Shown: in pieces, positions 39,544-46,021 of the stretch
Layout of the letters: each line of letters begins with the position of its first letter
How positions within the stretch are numbered: the stretch's first letter is position 1
IMG/VR virus record: IMGVR_UViG_3300036944_001289
Location: 1 to 64,000 of that record
Reading direction: 5' to 3' (one strand)
DNA length: 64,000 bases
Notes under the pieces: model-generated
Seen by the model: the letters and a program-made list of their open reading frames with translations, nothing else
Database searches by the model: none
Told to the model about the DNA's origin: nothing
Translations under genes and position numbers: made by a program

Positions 39544-39578
39544 ACTATTATTTATTAGATACAGTATCAATACAAAAA

Positions 39579-39673
39579 TGGCGGAGGGTGAGGGAATTTA
39601 ACCCTCACCGGCTTTTAAGGTCCGGTTTTGTTTAGCAAACAAATGTAGCAAGAACAATATCTACCTACCCTCC
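39579..39673 (-). tRNA. tRNA-Ser(GCU)
   Basis: TTTGT-TT GCT AA-ACAAA, long V-arm, G73, CCA. Confidence 0.85.
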
Positions 39674-39676
39674 AAA

Positions 39677-40009
39677 TTATTTTAGCTTAATAAGGCACTC
39701 ACCGTATGCTTCAAGTTCACCTGTTACTTTTTGAAATTCAGCCTGTGTCATACTCTTCCAACTTCTCAGTTTAGAAAAGCATTGATCTGCTTTAGATTCA
39801 ATAAATTTTGGATTCTCTATATTTTTAATACATTCTTTGTATGGTATTTCTTTTGCTTTAAAGTGTTGAGCTGTAAGCAGTGATGGACCACCTTTTGCTC
39901 TTGCAGATGCTTCTATCTTTTTTGCACCTTTAGATCTAACATTGAAAAATTCTTGATTCTTTGCATCAAGGTTGGATAGAGTCTTTTCTATTAGAAGATC
40001 AAAATTCAT
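39677..40009 (-). CDS. Late protein, hypothetical
   Basis: TAAATA before MNFDLLIEKTL. Confidence 0.6.
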   Translation of the reverse strand: MNFDLLIEKTLSNLDAKNQEFFNVRSKGAKKIEASARAKGGPSLLTAQHFKAKEIPYKECIKNIENPKFIESKADQCFSKLRSWKSMTQAEFQKVTGELEAYGECLIKLK

Positions 40010-40020
40010 TTAATTATTTA

Positions 40021-40350
40021 TTAATCTATCTTTTGCAAAGCTATTCTATACATGAAAGATGTTGCACCGCCAGGGTATATATTAAGATGTATTACCTTTA
40101 GTTTCACTCCTTGCTCTTCAGCTAATTTAAGTATATTTTTTGTATATAAATTACCTGCTTTTGCAGCAACTGCATAATGCTTTTTAACTGTCTCTTCTTT
40201 ATTTTTACGTTTAGCTAAACTTCTGATTATATTAGAATCCGGATTATCAGGGTTAATATAAAGATTACTATCAGGTGTTATATAATCTTCATACTTTTTA
40301 AGTACGCTACCTTCGCGTGATAACATACTTTGTATCATGTGTTTACCCAC
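40021..40350 (-). CDS. Late protein, hypothetical
   Basis: TAAATA upstream. Confidence 0.5.
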   Translation of the reverse strand: MGKHMIQSMLSREGSVLKKYEDYITPDSNLYINPDNPDSNIIRSLAKRKNKEETVKKHYAVAAKAGNLYTKNILKLAEEQGVKLKVIHLNIYPGGATSFMYRIALQKID

Positions 40351-40376
40351 TATTATATTTAGTTAAGAAATAAAAA

Positions 40377-40450
40377 CATCCAGCGTAAGAATCGAACTTA
40401 CCGCATTGAGTTTTGGAGACTCTATCGCCTACCTTGGAACATGGCTGGAT
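40377..40450 (-). tRNA. tRNA-Trp(CCA), CCA end not encoded
   Basis: GAGT-CT CCA AA-ACTC, T-arm GTAAG-TTCGATT-CTTAC. Confidence 0.8.
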
Positions 40451-40453
40451 AAA

Positions 40454-40527
40454 TGGTTGGCCTAGAGGGAATTAAACCCCCATTTCTCGCTAATCAGGCA
40501 AGCACACTATCATTGTGTTATAGGCCA
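40454..40527 (-). tRNA. tRNA-Ile(GAU)
   Basis: CTTGC-CT GAT TA-GCGAG (U37), CCA. Confidence 0.8.
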
Positions 40528-40528
40528 G

Positions 40529-40604
40529 TGGCTGGAGCTCTCGGTATCGATCCGAGATCTTCTGCTCTTCATGCAGACGTGAGCACCTGCTTCACCAAAC
40601 TCCA
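40529..40604 (-). tRNA. tRNA-Phe(GAA)
   Basis: TCTGC-AT GAA GA-GCAGA, CCA. Confidence 0.8.
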
Positions 40605-40796
40605 ATATGAGTTATTTAATAATCTACAGTGTCAACTCATCCACTGCAATGTCGTTCAATCTCTCCGAACTGTCAAGCCTTCTCTTCGTTGGATCAACGG
40701 CGGCTTTCCCTAAATTATTCCAATATTCAGACTTTTACTGCACTCTTTGATCATCACGACTATTGGAAATCGATGTGTTTTCTTTGTTAACAAAAA

Positions 40797-41087
40797 TTAT
40801 TTAAATTCCGAACTATCATATACATTACATAATAATGTAGCAAGTTCTTCTACTACATCTATTCTTTTTTCGTTTATTGGAGCATAATGACATCCAACAA
40901 ACTCTAAATCATCTATTAATTCACCAAGTAATCTATCCTGACTTTTTTCTCCATTTATAAAAACGGAATATGTTATTGCTCCAAAATTTATAGGATCTCG
41001 TTTTGCAACGAATTCAACATCTTTTATAGATGGATTTTTTTCCTTCATTTTGACTTTAATACGTTCAAGCGTTTCGTTTCTATTCAT
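40797..41087 (-). CDS. hypothetical protein
   Basis: ORF directly downstream of tmRNA. Confidence 0.55.
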   Translation of the reverse strand: MNRNETLERIKVKMKEKNPSIKDVEFVAKRDPINFGAITYSVFINGEKSQDRLLGELIDDLEFVGCHYAPINEKRIDVVEELATLLCNVYDSSEFK

Positions 41088-41091
41088 AAAA

Positions 41092-41479
41092 TGGTGGAGG
41101 TGGCGGGAATTGAACCCGCGTGTTTAACCCAAACCTCACTATTATCTACAAGCTTAGTAGTATTTAATAACTATTTTAAGGTATACTACAACCTGTAGAT
41201 AGTGGTATACATTTATATACTAGAGAATCCCAATGTATAACTGACTCTCTAATCTCACTATATAACGAAATTAAATTTTAGTGAGAATCAAATCTAGTTT
41301 CGATCGCTGTTTATTAAGCAGCGAATGCAAGGGCCTCAACAGGAGCAGCGCTCTTGAAGAAGTTCTTGATGTAATTTACAATGTTGCCATTTGTAGTTTT
41401 GATACTAGTTATAGAGATAATATCAATCTCTGCTTGCAAATAGAGCTGTATCGAATTAAGTCGAATCCTGTACACCCCC
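41092..41479 (-). ncRNA. ssrA: tmRNA
   Basis: 5' GGGGGTGTACAGGATTCGAC, 3' CGCGGGTTCAATTCCCGCCACCTCCACCA with G3:U70; internal tag ORF ...GNIVNYIKNFFKSAAPVEALAFAA*. Confidence 0.93.
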
Positions 41480-41604
41480 ATAAATTGGTCCCAAGTAAGG
41501 GTCGTCAATCTTACAATCCTACTATTACGTTTGGATGCCCTCTACCAGAGCCCAATCGAAAAGGGTCTAGTTTTTCCGGATTTCTACCGTACAACCTGAG
41601 AAAA

Positions 41605-41682
41605 TGGTAGGAGATAAGGGGCTCGAACCCTTCTGTTAATCGCTATGTAAAAGCGGTGACCAACCCTGCAGTCCCATCTCCT
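41605..41682 (-). tRNA. tRNA-Val(UAC)
   Basis: CGCT-TT TAC AT-AGCG, CCA. Confidence 0.8.
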
Positions 41683-41688
41683 GTAAAT

Positions 41689-41767
41689 TGGTGCATCAGA
41701 TGGGATTTTAACCCATGTAAATCTCGTTAAGAGCGAGGACCGTTAAACGAACTCCGGGCACTGATGC
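41689..41767 (-). tRNA. tRNA-Lys(CUU)
   Basis: CTCG-CT CTT AA-CGAG, CCA. Confidence 0.8.
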
Positions 41768-41858
41768 ATAAAGGTAGCAACATTAGGTCTTTGCTTTCCT
41801 ATAATTTCCTTATACCTGACTTAGCGCTGAGTATTATAGGTTAGTTGCTTTCGCAAAA

Positions 41859-41934
41859 TGGAGCATCGTGTGAGATTCGAACTCACGGAATCCTCTTTGG
41901 AAGAGAGGCGCACTAACCACTATGCGAACGATGC
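41859..41934 (-). tRNA. tRNA-Gly(UCC)
   Basis: CCTCT-CT TCC AA-AGAGG, U73, CCA. Confidence 0.9.
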
Positions 41935-41994
41935 ATAAATTACACGTACCCATTATTCACATTGATAACAAGAGGTATAGTACGTATGTTAAAG

Positions 41995-42087
41995 TGGAGG
42001 AGAGTGAGGGATTTGAACCCGTCGGGGCTTTTGAGGACCCTTCTATTTTCAAGATAGATGCCATAAACCGTACTCGGCCAACTCTCC
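41995..42087 (-). tRNA. tRNA-Ser(UGA)
   Basis: TCTAT-CT TGA AA-ATAGA, long V-arm. Confidence 0.85.
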
Positions 42088-42094
42088 ATAAAAA

Positions 42095-42169
42095 TGGCTG
42101 CCCGCCGTGGTTACGATCCACGCTCACCTGATTAACAGTCAGGGGTACTCGCCAGAATACGAGCAGGCA
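42095..42169 (-). tRNA. tRNA-Asn(GUU)
   Basis: CCTGA-CT GTT AA-TCAGG, G73, CCA. Confidence 0.85.
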
Positions 42170-42176
42170 ATAAAAA

Positions 42177-42266
42177 TTTATATCTAATGTTCTACCATGT
42201 TGAACTATCCTCCTTGTTCTATTGGGTAAGAGAGGAGCGGACCTTGAACCCGCATCTTTAGATAAA
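42177..42266 (-). ncRNA. Circularly permuted tRNA-like RNA without anticodon
   Basis: ATCTAA, T-arm GCGGG-TTCAAGG-TCCGC, TCCTC/GAGGA acceptor closed by a loop, D-arm GTTC-AACATGGTA-GAAC, TTAGAT. Confidence 0.7.
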
Positions 42267-42326
42267 GAGACTGGGTCTGCATAACAGACCCGAAAGCTCA
42301 CTGTACGCTTGGTACATGAACAAAAA

Positions 42327-42401
42327 TGGCGCTCCCAGTAGGGCTCGAACCTACATAATACGGCTTAGAAGACCGGTGCCTATCCATTAGACTATAGGAG
42401 C
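42327..42401 (-). tRNA. tRNA-Arg(UCU)
   Basis: CGGT-CT TCT AA-GCCG, CCA. Confidence 0.88.
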
Positions 42402-42406
42402 AAAAA

Positions 42407-42493
42407 TGGTGCGTCGGGAGGGACTCGAACCCTCGATGGGTTTAAACCGTGAGCTTAAAAGGCTCGACCTTTCGCCGCTAAGGGAACCGACGC
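42407..42493 (-). tRNA. tRNA-Lys(UUU) with long variable arm
   Basis: GAGC-CT TTT AA-GCTC, then CGGTTTAAACCCATC extra arm. Confidence 0.75.
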
Positions 42494-42502
42494 GTAAAAA
42501 AC

Positions 42503-42640
42503 TAAGTATATTTTTTGCGTTTACTGTGCTACCGTTACACTACTCTCCAATAAAGTATAAATTGGGTGGAGAGGTGGGAATTGAACCCACACTAGCATCT
42601 GTATATGATGATTGCGTTTTATTTTTGCTGTATATACTTA
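42503..42640 (-). ncRNA. Y-RNA-like (YrlA-architecture) RNA: CAGCAA terminal stem + permuted tRNA domain
   Basis: TAAGTATA/TATACTTA stem, TACAGCAA, T-arm GTGGG-TTCAATT-CCCAC, CTCTCCA/TGGAGAG acceptor closed by a loop, D-arm GTGT-AACGGTA-GCAC. Confidence 0.8.
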
Positions 42641-42643
42641 AAG

Positions 42644-42722
42644 TGGTACCCTAGGTGAGATTCGAACTCACACTGAAGAGTGTTTAAGACTCTGGCCATA
42701 CTACCAATTGGGCTACTAGGGC
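42644..42722 (-). tRNA. tRNA-Leu(UAA), short variable loop
   Basis: AGAGT-CT TAA AC-ACTCT, CCA. Confidence 0.85.
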
Positions 42723-42731
42723 GTAAAAAAA

Positions 42732-42807
42732 TGGAGTCTCGTATAGGAATTGAACCTATGTAATTTCTTTTGCAGAGAAAAGCCTGTAACCACTCGACCA
42801 ACGAGAC
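42732..42807 (-). tRNA. tRNA-Cys(GCA), second copy
   Basis: TTTCT-CT GCA AA-AGAAA, U73, CCA. Confidence 0.87.
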
Positions 42808-42813
42808 ATAAAA

Positions 42814-42890
42814 TGGTACCGATGAGCGGGATCGAACCGCCAAGCTTCTCCGTGAAAGGGAGGTGTCCTAACCAATTAGACGACATCGGC
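42814..42890 (-). tRNA. tRNA-Glu(UUC)
   Basis: CTCC-CT TTC AC-GGAG, CCA. Confidence 0.87.
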
Positions 42891-42902
42891 ATAAAAAATT
42901 TC

Positions 42903-42964
42903 AAAGTCCGTTTTTAGCTTGTATTGATTAATATTCAATTGCTTTTGATTGCTGTGCGGACTTT
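42903..42964 (-). ncRNA. CAGCAA-motif small RNA 1
   Basis: AAAGTCCG-CA-CAGCAA...AAAAA-CGGACTTT. Confidence 0.7.
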
Positions 42965-42970
42965 TATTAC

Positions 42971-43024
42971 TAAGTTCAGCTTTTTGTTGTATTCAATGAC
43001 ATTTAGTATTGCTGGATGAACTTA
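42971..43024 (-). ncRNA. CAGCAA-motif small RNA 2
   Basis: TAAGTTCA-TC-CAGCAA...AAAAAGC-TGAACTTA. Confidence 0.7.
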
Positions 43025-43027
43025 AAT

Positions 43028-43099
43028 TGGGTGCAGCGCTGGTACTCGAAACCAGAGAAGGTAGCTTATGAGACTCCTTGGGCAACCTGCCTCACTGCA
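43028..43099 (-). tRNA. tRNA-Met(CAU), atypical short D-arm
   Basis: CT CAT AA loop, TGCAGTG/CGCTGCA acceptor, CCA. Confidence 0.65.
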
Positions 43100-43167
43100 A
43101 TAAATTGGCGATGTAACTAATCTGAAATATTGACTTGTAAGCGTTCTTACCGTTACATTATTAAATA

Positions 43168-43243
43168 TGGTGGTAGAGGTGAGACTTGAACTCACAAATA
43201 AGAGCTTATGAAACTCTTGCCTAAACCGTTCGGCCTCTCTACC
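43168..43243 (-). tRNA. tRNA-Met/Ile2(CAU)
   Basis: AGAGT-TT CAT AA-GCTCT, CCA. Confidence 0.85.
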
Positions 43244-43244
43244 A

Positions 43245-43338
43245 TGGTAGTCAGGGAGGGAATTGAACCCTCGCTCGGCACCAATCTAGTGCTCACGGTT
43301 TATAAGGCCGTCGATGCTTCCAATTACATTACCTGACT
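43245..43338 (-). tRNA. tRNA-Ile(UAU) with long variable arm
   Basis: ACGG-C-CT TAT AA-A-CCGT, V-arm GCACTA-GAT-TGGTGC, CCA. Confidence 0.8.
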
Positions 43339-43344
43339 ATAAAA

Positions 43345-43418
43345 TGGCTGAGATGGCTGGTAACGCTCCAACTTCTTCGGGGTCAAAGTCCGAGGTAATA
43401 CTTTTATACGACATCTCA
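43345..43418 (-). tRNA. tRNA-Gln(UUG)
   Basis: U1:A72, CT TTG AC loop, G73, CCA. Confidence 0.82.
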
Positions 43419-43425
43419 ATAAAAT

Positions 43426-43511
43426 TGGTACGGTGTGAAGGAGTTGAACCTTCAAGGCTCATGCAGTCTAAATGCATACTGTCTGCCAAATTCCAGCTTA
43501 ACCAACACCGT
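43426..43511 (-). tRNA. tRNA-Leu(UAG), second copy, enlarged D region, no long V-arm
   Basis: ATGCA-TT TAG AC-TGCAT, CCA. Confidence 0.72.
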
Positions 43512-43518
43512 AATAAAA

Positions 43519-43592
43519 TGGTCCTCCACCTCGGTTACGCTCCGAGTCCTTTCCGCCCCAAACGGGAAATGCTACTATAACACCTGTGAAGG
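43519..43592 (-). tRNA. tRNA-Pro(UGG)
   Basis: CCG-TT TGG GG-CGG, C1:G72, A73, CCA. Confidence 0.78.
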
Positions 43593-43599
43593 ATAAAAA

Positions 43600-43675
43600 T
43601 GGCGATGGTACGGGGAAATTGAACCCCGACTTGAACAGTGACAGTGTTCTGTGCAAACCTTTACACTATACCATC
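43600..43675 (-). tRNA. tRNA-Asp(GUC)
   Basis: GAACA-CT GTC AC-TGTTC, G73, CCA. Confidence 0.88.
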
Positions 43676-43683
43676 GTAAAAAC

Positions 43684-43737
43684 TAAGTCCATTTATTTAC
43701 CTTATTGTAGTATTTTAATGGTTGCTGTCTGGACTTA
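43684..43737 (-). ncRNA. CAGCAA-motif small RNA 3
   Basis: TAAGTCCA-GA-CAGCAA...AATAAA-TGGACTTA. Confidence 0.7.
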
Positions 43738-43741
43738 AAAA

Positions 43742-44545
43742 TTATTTGATAGAGAAGTATTTTTTCCATTGTTTATATCTTGGAGATCCACCTTCTCGTT
43801 TATTAGCACCTTTATAAAATTGAGATAGTGAATGGCAGTTTGGACACAACAACTCTAAATTATCTGGAATGTTATTAATGCAATTACCATCTTTATGTTC
43901 TAACTCGATCGGTACTTTACCTGAAAAAGGATTTACTTCGGACCAACCACATTTCATACACCTTGGTCCAAATTTGCGAATTAAGTATCTTCTATATATT
44001 GTGTTATTTGTTTCAATATTTTGAGAAATAACCTTTCCTTCGATTAATAGTGGTTCTAATTCTTTTTCACGCTGGTTTTTTCTGTGTTCAGAAGAGCATA
44101 TTTGTTCACAAAATATTGACGTTTTTGCTACCGGTAAGAAGTCTCGTTCACAATTTAAACACTTTTTGTATTCTTTATATCTTAATGCAGGACCTCTTTT
44201 AAGGAAGCGATTATTGCTAATAAAATTTTCTGTATTTTTATGAACTTTGTTACAAACTCTTGTCTTGTTGATTGTTGTAGCAGCACAACTATTAGAGCAA
44301 AATTTATTTTCGTAACTAAAAAAGGAAATGTTACATGTCAGGCATACTTTTGTATTTTCTTCTATTATTTTTTGCTTTTCTTTTTCTTTACAAGAAGGAC
44401 AATCAAATTTATCTACGTTATGTTTTATATTATGCTTAATATAAATTTTAAGTCTTTTGGTTTCTGTTCCACAATCTTTACACCAGCAAGTAACTGAATC
44501 TTTATTTGTCGCGTTATCGAATTCTTCTTGGTTGAATTTATACAT
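43742..44545 (-). mobile_element. Free-standing HNH homing endonuclease in the tRNA array
   Basis: Multiple CxxC motifs; C..CGW...ELEHKDGN..NN...NLELLCPNCHS. Confidence 0.85.
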
Positions 44546-44591
44546 TTAATTATTTATTCATAAAATGGAGCTTTCAAGAGATAGTAATAAG

Positions 44592-44668
44592 TGGATCCCC
44601 CAGTCAGGTTCGAACTGACAACTTCCCGCTTACAAGGCGGGTACTCTACCAATTAAAGTTATGAGGGA
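44592..44668 (-). tRNA. tRNA-Thr(UGU)
   Basis: CCCGC-CT TGT AA-GCGGG, CCA. Confidence 0.88.
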
Positions 44669-44758
44669 ACAAAAAGGCAAGAAATGAATTTTTGAGAGTT
44701 TTATCGACAATATTCGTCGCATATTCAGCTAAAAGCGGTGTAGTCGCTCCCAAAAAAA

Positions 44759-44844
44759 TGGTGCCGCTGGCAGAATTCGAATCTGCAAAAACTCTACGTT
44801 CTCAACGTAGTAACTGTACCAATTTGTATTATTGTCACAGCGGC
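44759..44844 (-). tRNA. tRNA-Leu(GAG), enlarged D region, no long V-arm
   Basis: CTACG-TT GAG AA-CGTAG, CCA. Confidence 0.75.
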
Positions 44845-44850
44845 GAAAAA

Positions 44851-44944
44851 TGGTAGGAGTAGCAGGAATTGAACCTGCGATGTTTACCCAGAGGGACTTG
44901 ATTTACAGTCAAGTGCAGCACGACCCAGCAGCTACCTTACTCCT
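44851..44944 (-). tRNA. tRNA-Tyr(GUA)
   Basis: CTTGA-CT GTA AA-TCAAG, V-arm, A73, CCA. Confidence 0.85.
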
Positions 44945-45141
44945 ATAACCCGGCTATTTATAGCGTCCGGGGCCGCTAACGACGTTTAATAATGTCGTCA
45001 AACCAAACAAAGAACTCTACTCTCAACCTCTCTCACTTACCTTTCTCAGGTGTGGTTTAGGATGCTGATGGATTTTCTTCAGCGTTCGTTGATTTACCTT
45101 CGCTCAACTTTAAAGCGTTGTATTAACTAAATTGTAAAAAT

Positions 45142-45157
45142 ATTTTAAGTATGTTCC
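45142..45157 (-). promoter_or_regulatory. GGAAC-N5-TAAAAT promoter motif heading the tRNA array
   Basis: Same motif at 11 other intergenic positions on the minus strand. Confidence 0.65.
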
Positions 45158-45164
45158 TTGGCTA

Positions 45165-45200
45165 AATAAAAAACCCTAAGCTTTTCTTAGGCTTAGGGTT
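45165..45200 (-). terminator. Intrinsic terminator (candidate attenuator)
   Basis: AACCCTAAGC-CTAAGAAAA-GCTTAGGGTT-TTTTATTT. Confidence 0.85.
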
Positions 45201-45223
45201 ATCATATAGAATATGGAAATTCT

Positions 45224-45322
45224 TTATTCTAACCCTAGGTAATCGCATATAGGTAGATTACCATAAAACGCTTCACTTGGGCGTCTTTGTAATTTACTTG
45301 TAATGGACCATATTGTTGTCAT
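45224..45322 (-). CDS. Putative 32-aa leader peptide MTTIWSITSKLQRRPSEAFYGNLPICDYLGLE
   Basis: Starts just after TAAATA; its 3' end (TAGGGTTA) is complementary to the terminator 5' arm. Confidence 0.6.
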   Translation of the reverse strand: MTTIWSITSKLQRRPSEAFYGNLPICDYLGLE

Positions 45323-45397
45323 ATGTTTAATTATTTATTCAAAAGAACTAACTTTCAACACCACTATTTTAAAAAAAGTTCCTTCTTTGAAAATTTA

Positions 45398-46021
45398 TTA
45401 TTGTATTGGATATGGAGTAACAGTAGGTGCAGGAGAGGCGCCAAATACTGAAGTAAAAGATCTAGTCCATGGGTTGATTATATTATATGGAGAAATCAAT
45501 CCAGACAAATTGTTTTCATATAGTTGTGTAGCTTCAGAAGCTATAATCCATACGCCATTTGCTCCTGAATCAGACTTATAGATACTGTAAAATACGTTTC
45601 CATCCATAACATAAAAAGGAAAATTATTATAGACACCGTCAAAAATGTATATTCCATTTGCCGCGGCTGTTCCTGCTCCAGATACTTGAACAGAATATGC
45701 AACTGATACTTCAACTGGTGGTGGGTTGAATGCATCTAAAGTAGATTGCCATGTAGTATTCAATGGAGTTGTTAAATTTGGTTGTGTGGTTACATACAAT
45801 ATTTCTGTTGATACCTCTATTACCCATTTTGCATCAAATGATCTGTAATAAATTTCATAATTTGATAAATTAGTGTAATAAGGTTTATCATTGCGTGTCC
45901 CAGTAAGAGTATATAAACCATTTCCTAAAGCAACACCAGCACCTGATACCATGATATATGTATATTCCACTGTAGAATCTTGTTGGTTACAACAGAAAAC
46001 ATAAAAGTCTTTAATAGTCAT
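45398..46021 (-). CDS. Virion-associated protein with two VSGAG...NG.Y modules
   Basis: Internal duplication; TAAATA upstream. Confidence 0.6.
   Translation of the reverse strand: MTIKDFYVFCCNQQDSTVEYTYIMVSGAGVALGNGLYTLTGTRNDKPYYTNLSNYEIYYRSFDAKWVIEVSTEILYVTTQPNLTTPLNTTWQSTLDAFNPPPVEVSVAYSVQVSGAGTAAANGIYIFDGVYNNFPFYVMDGNVFYSIYKSDSGANGVWIIASEATQLYENNLSGLISPYNIINPWTRSFTSVFGASPAPTVTPYPIQ

Noticed and set aside
41314-41508. 64-aa ORF
   Set aside because: Its C-terminus is the tmRNA tag reading frame, not an independent gene.
37492-43511. Suppressor tRNAs / stop-codon recoding
   Set aside because: The anticodons UAG, UAA and UGA read Leu and Ser codons; no CUA, UUA or UCA anticodon was found, and long genes are intact in code 11.
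37491-43580. Short ORFs overlapping tRNA genes (e.g. 37491-37754, 41957-42301, 42406-42654, 43314-43580)
   Set aside because: Shadow ORFs of tRNA sequence.
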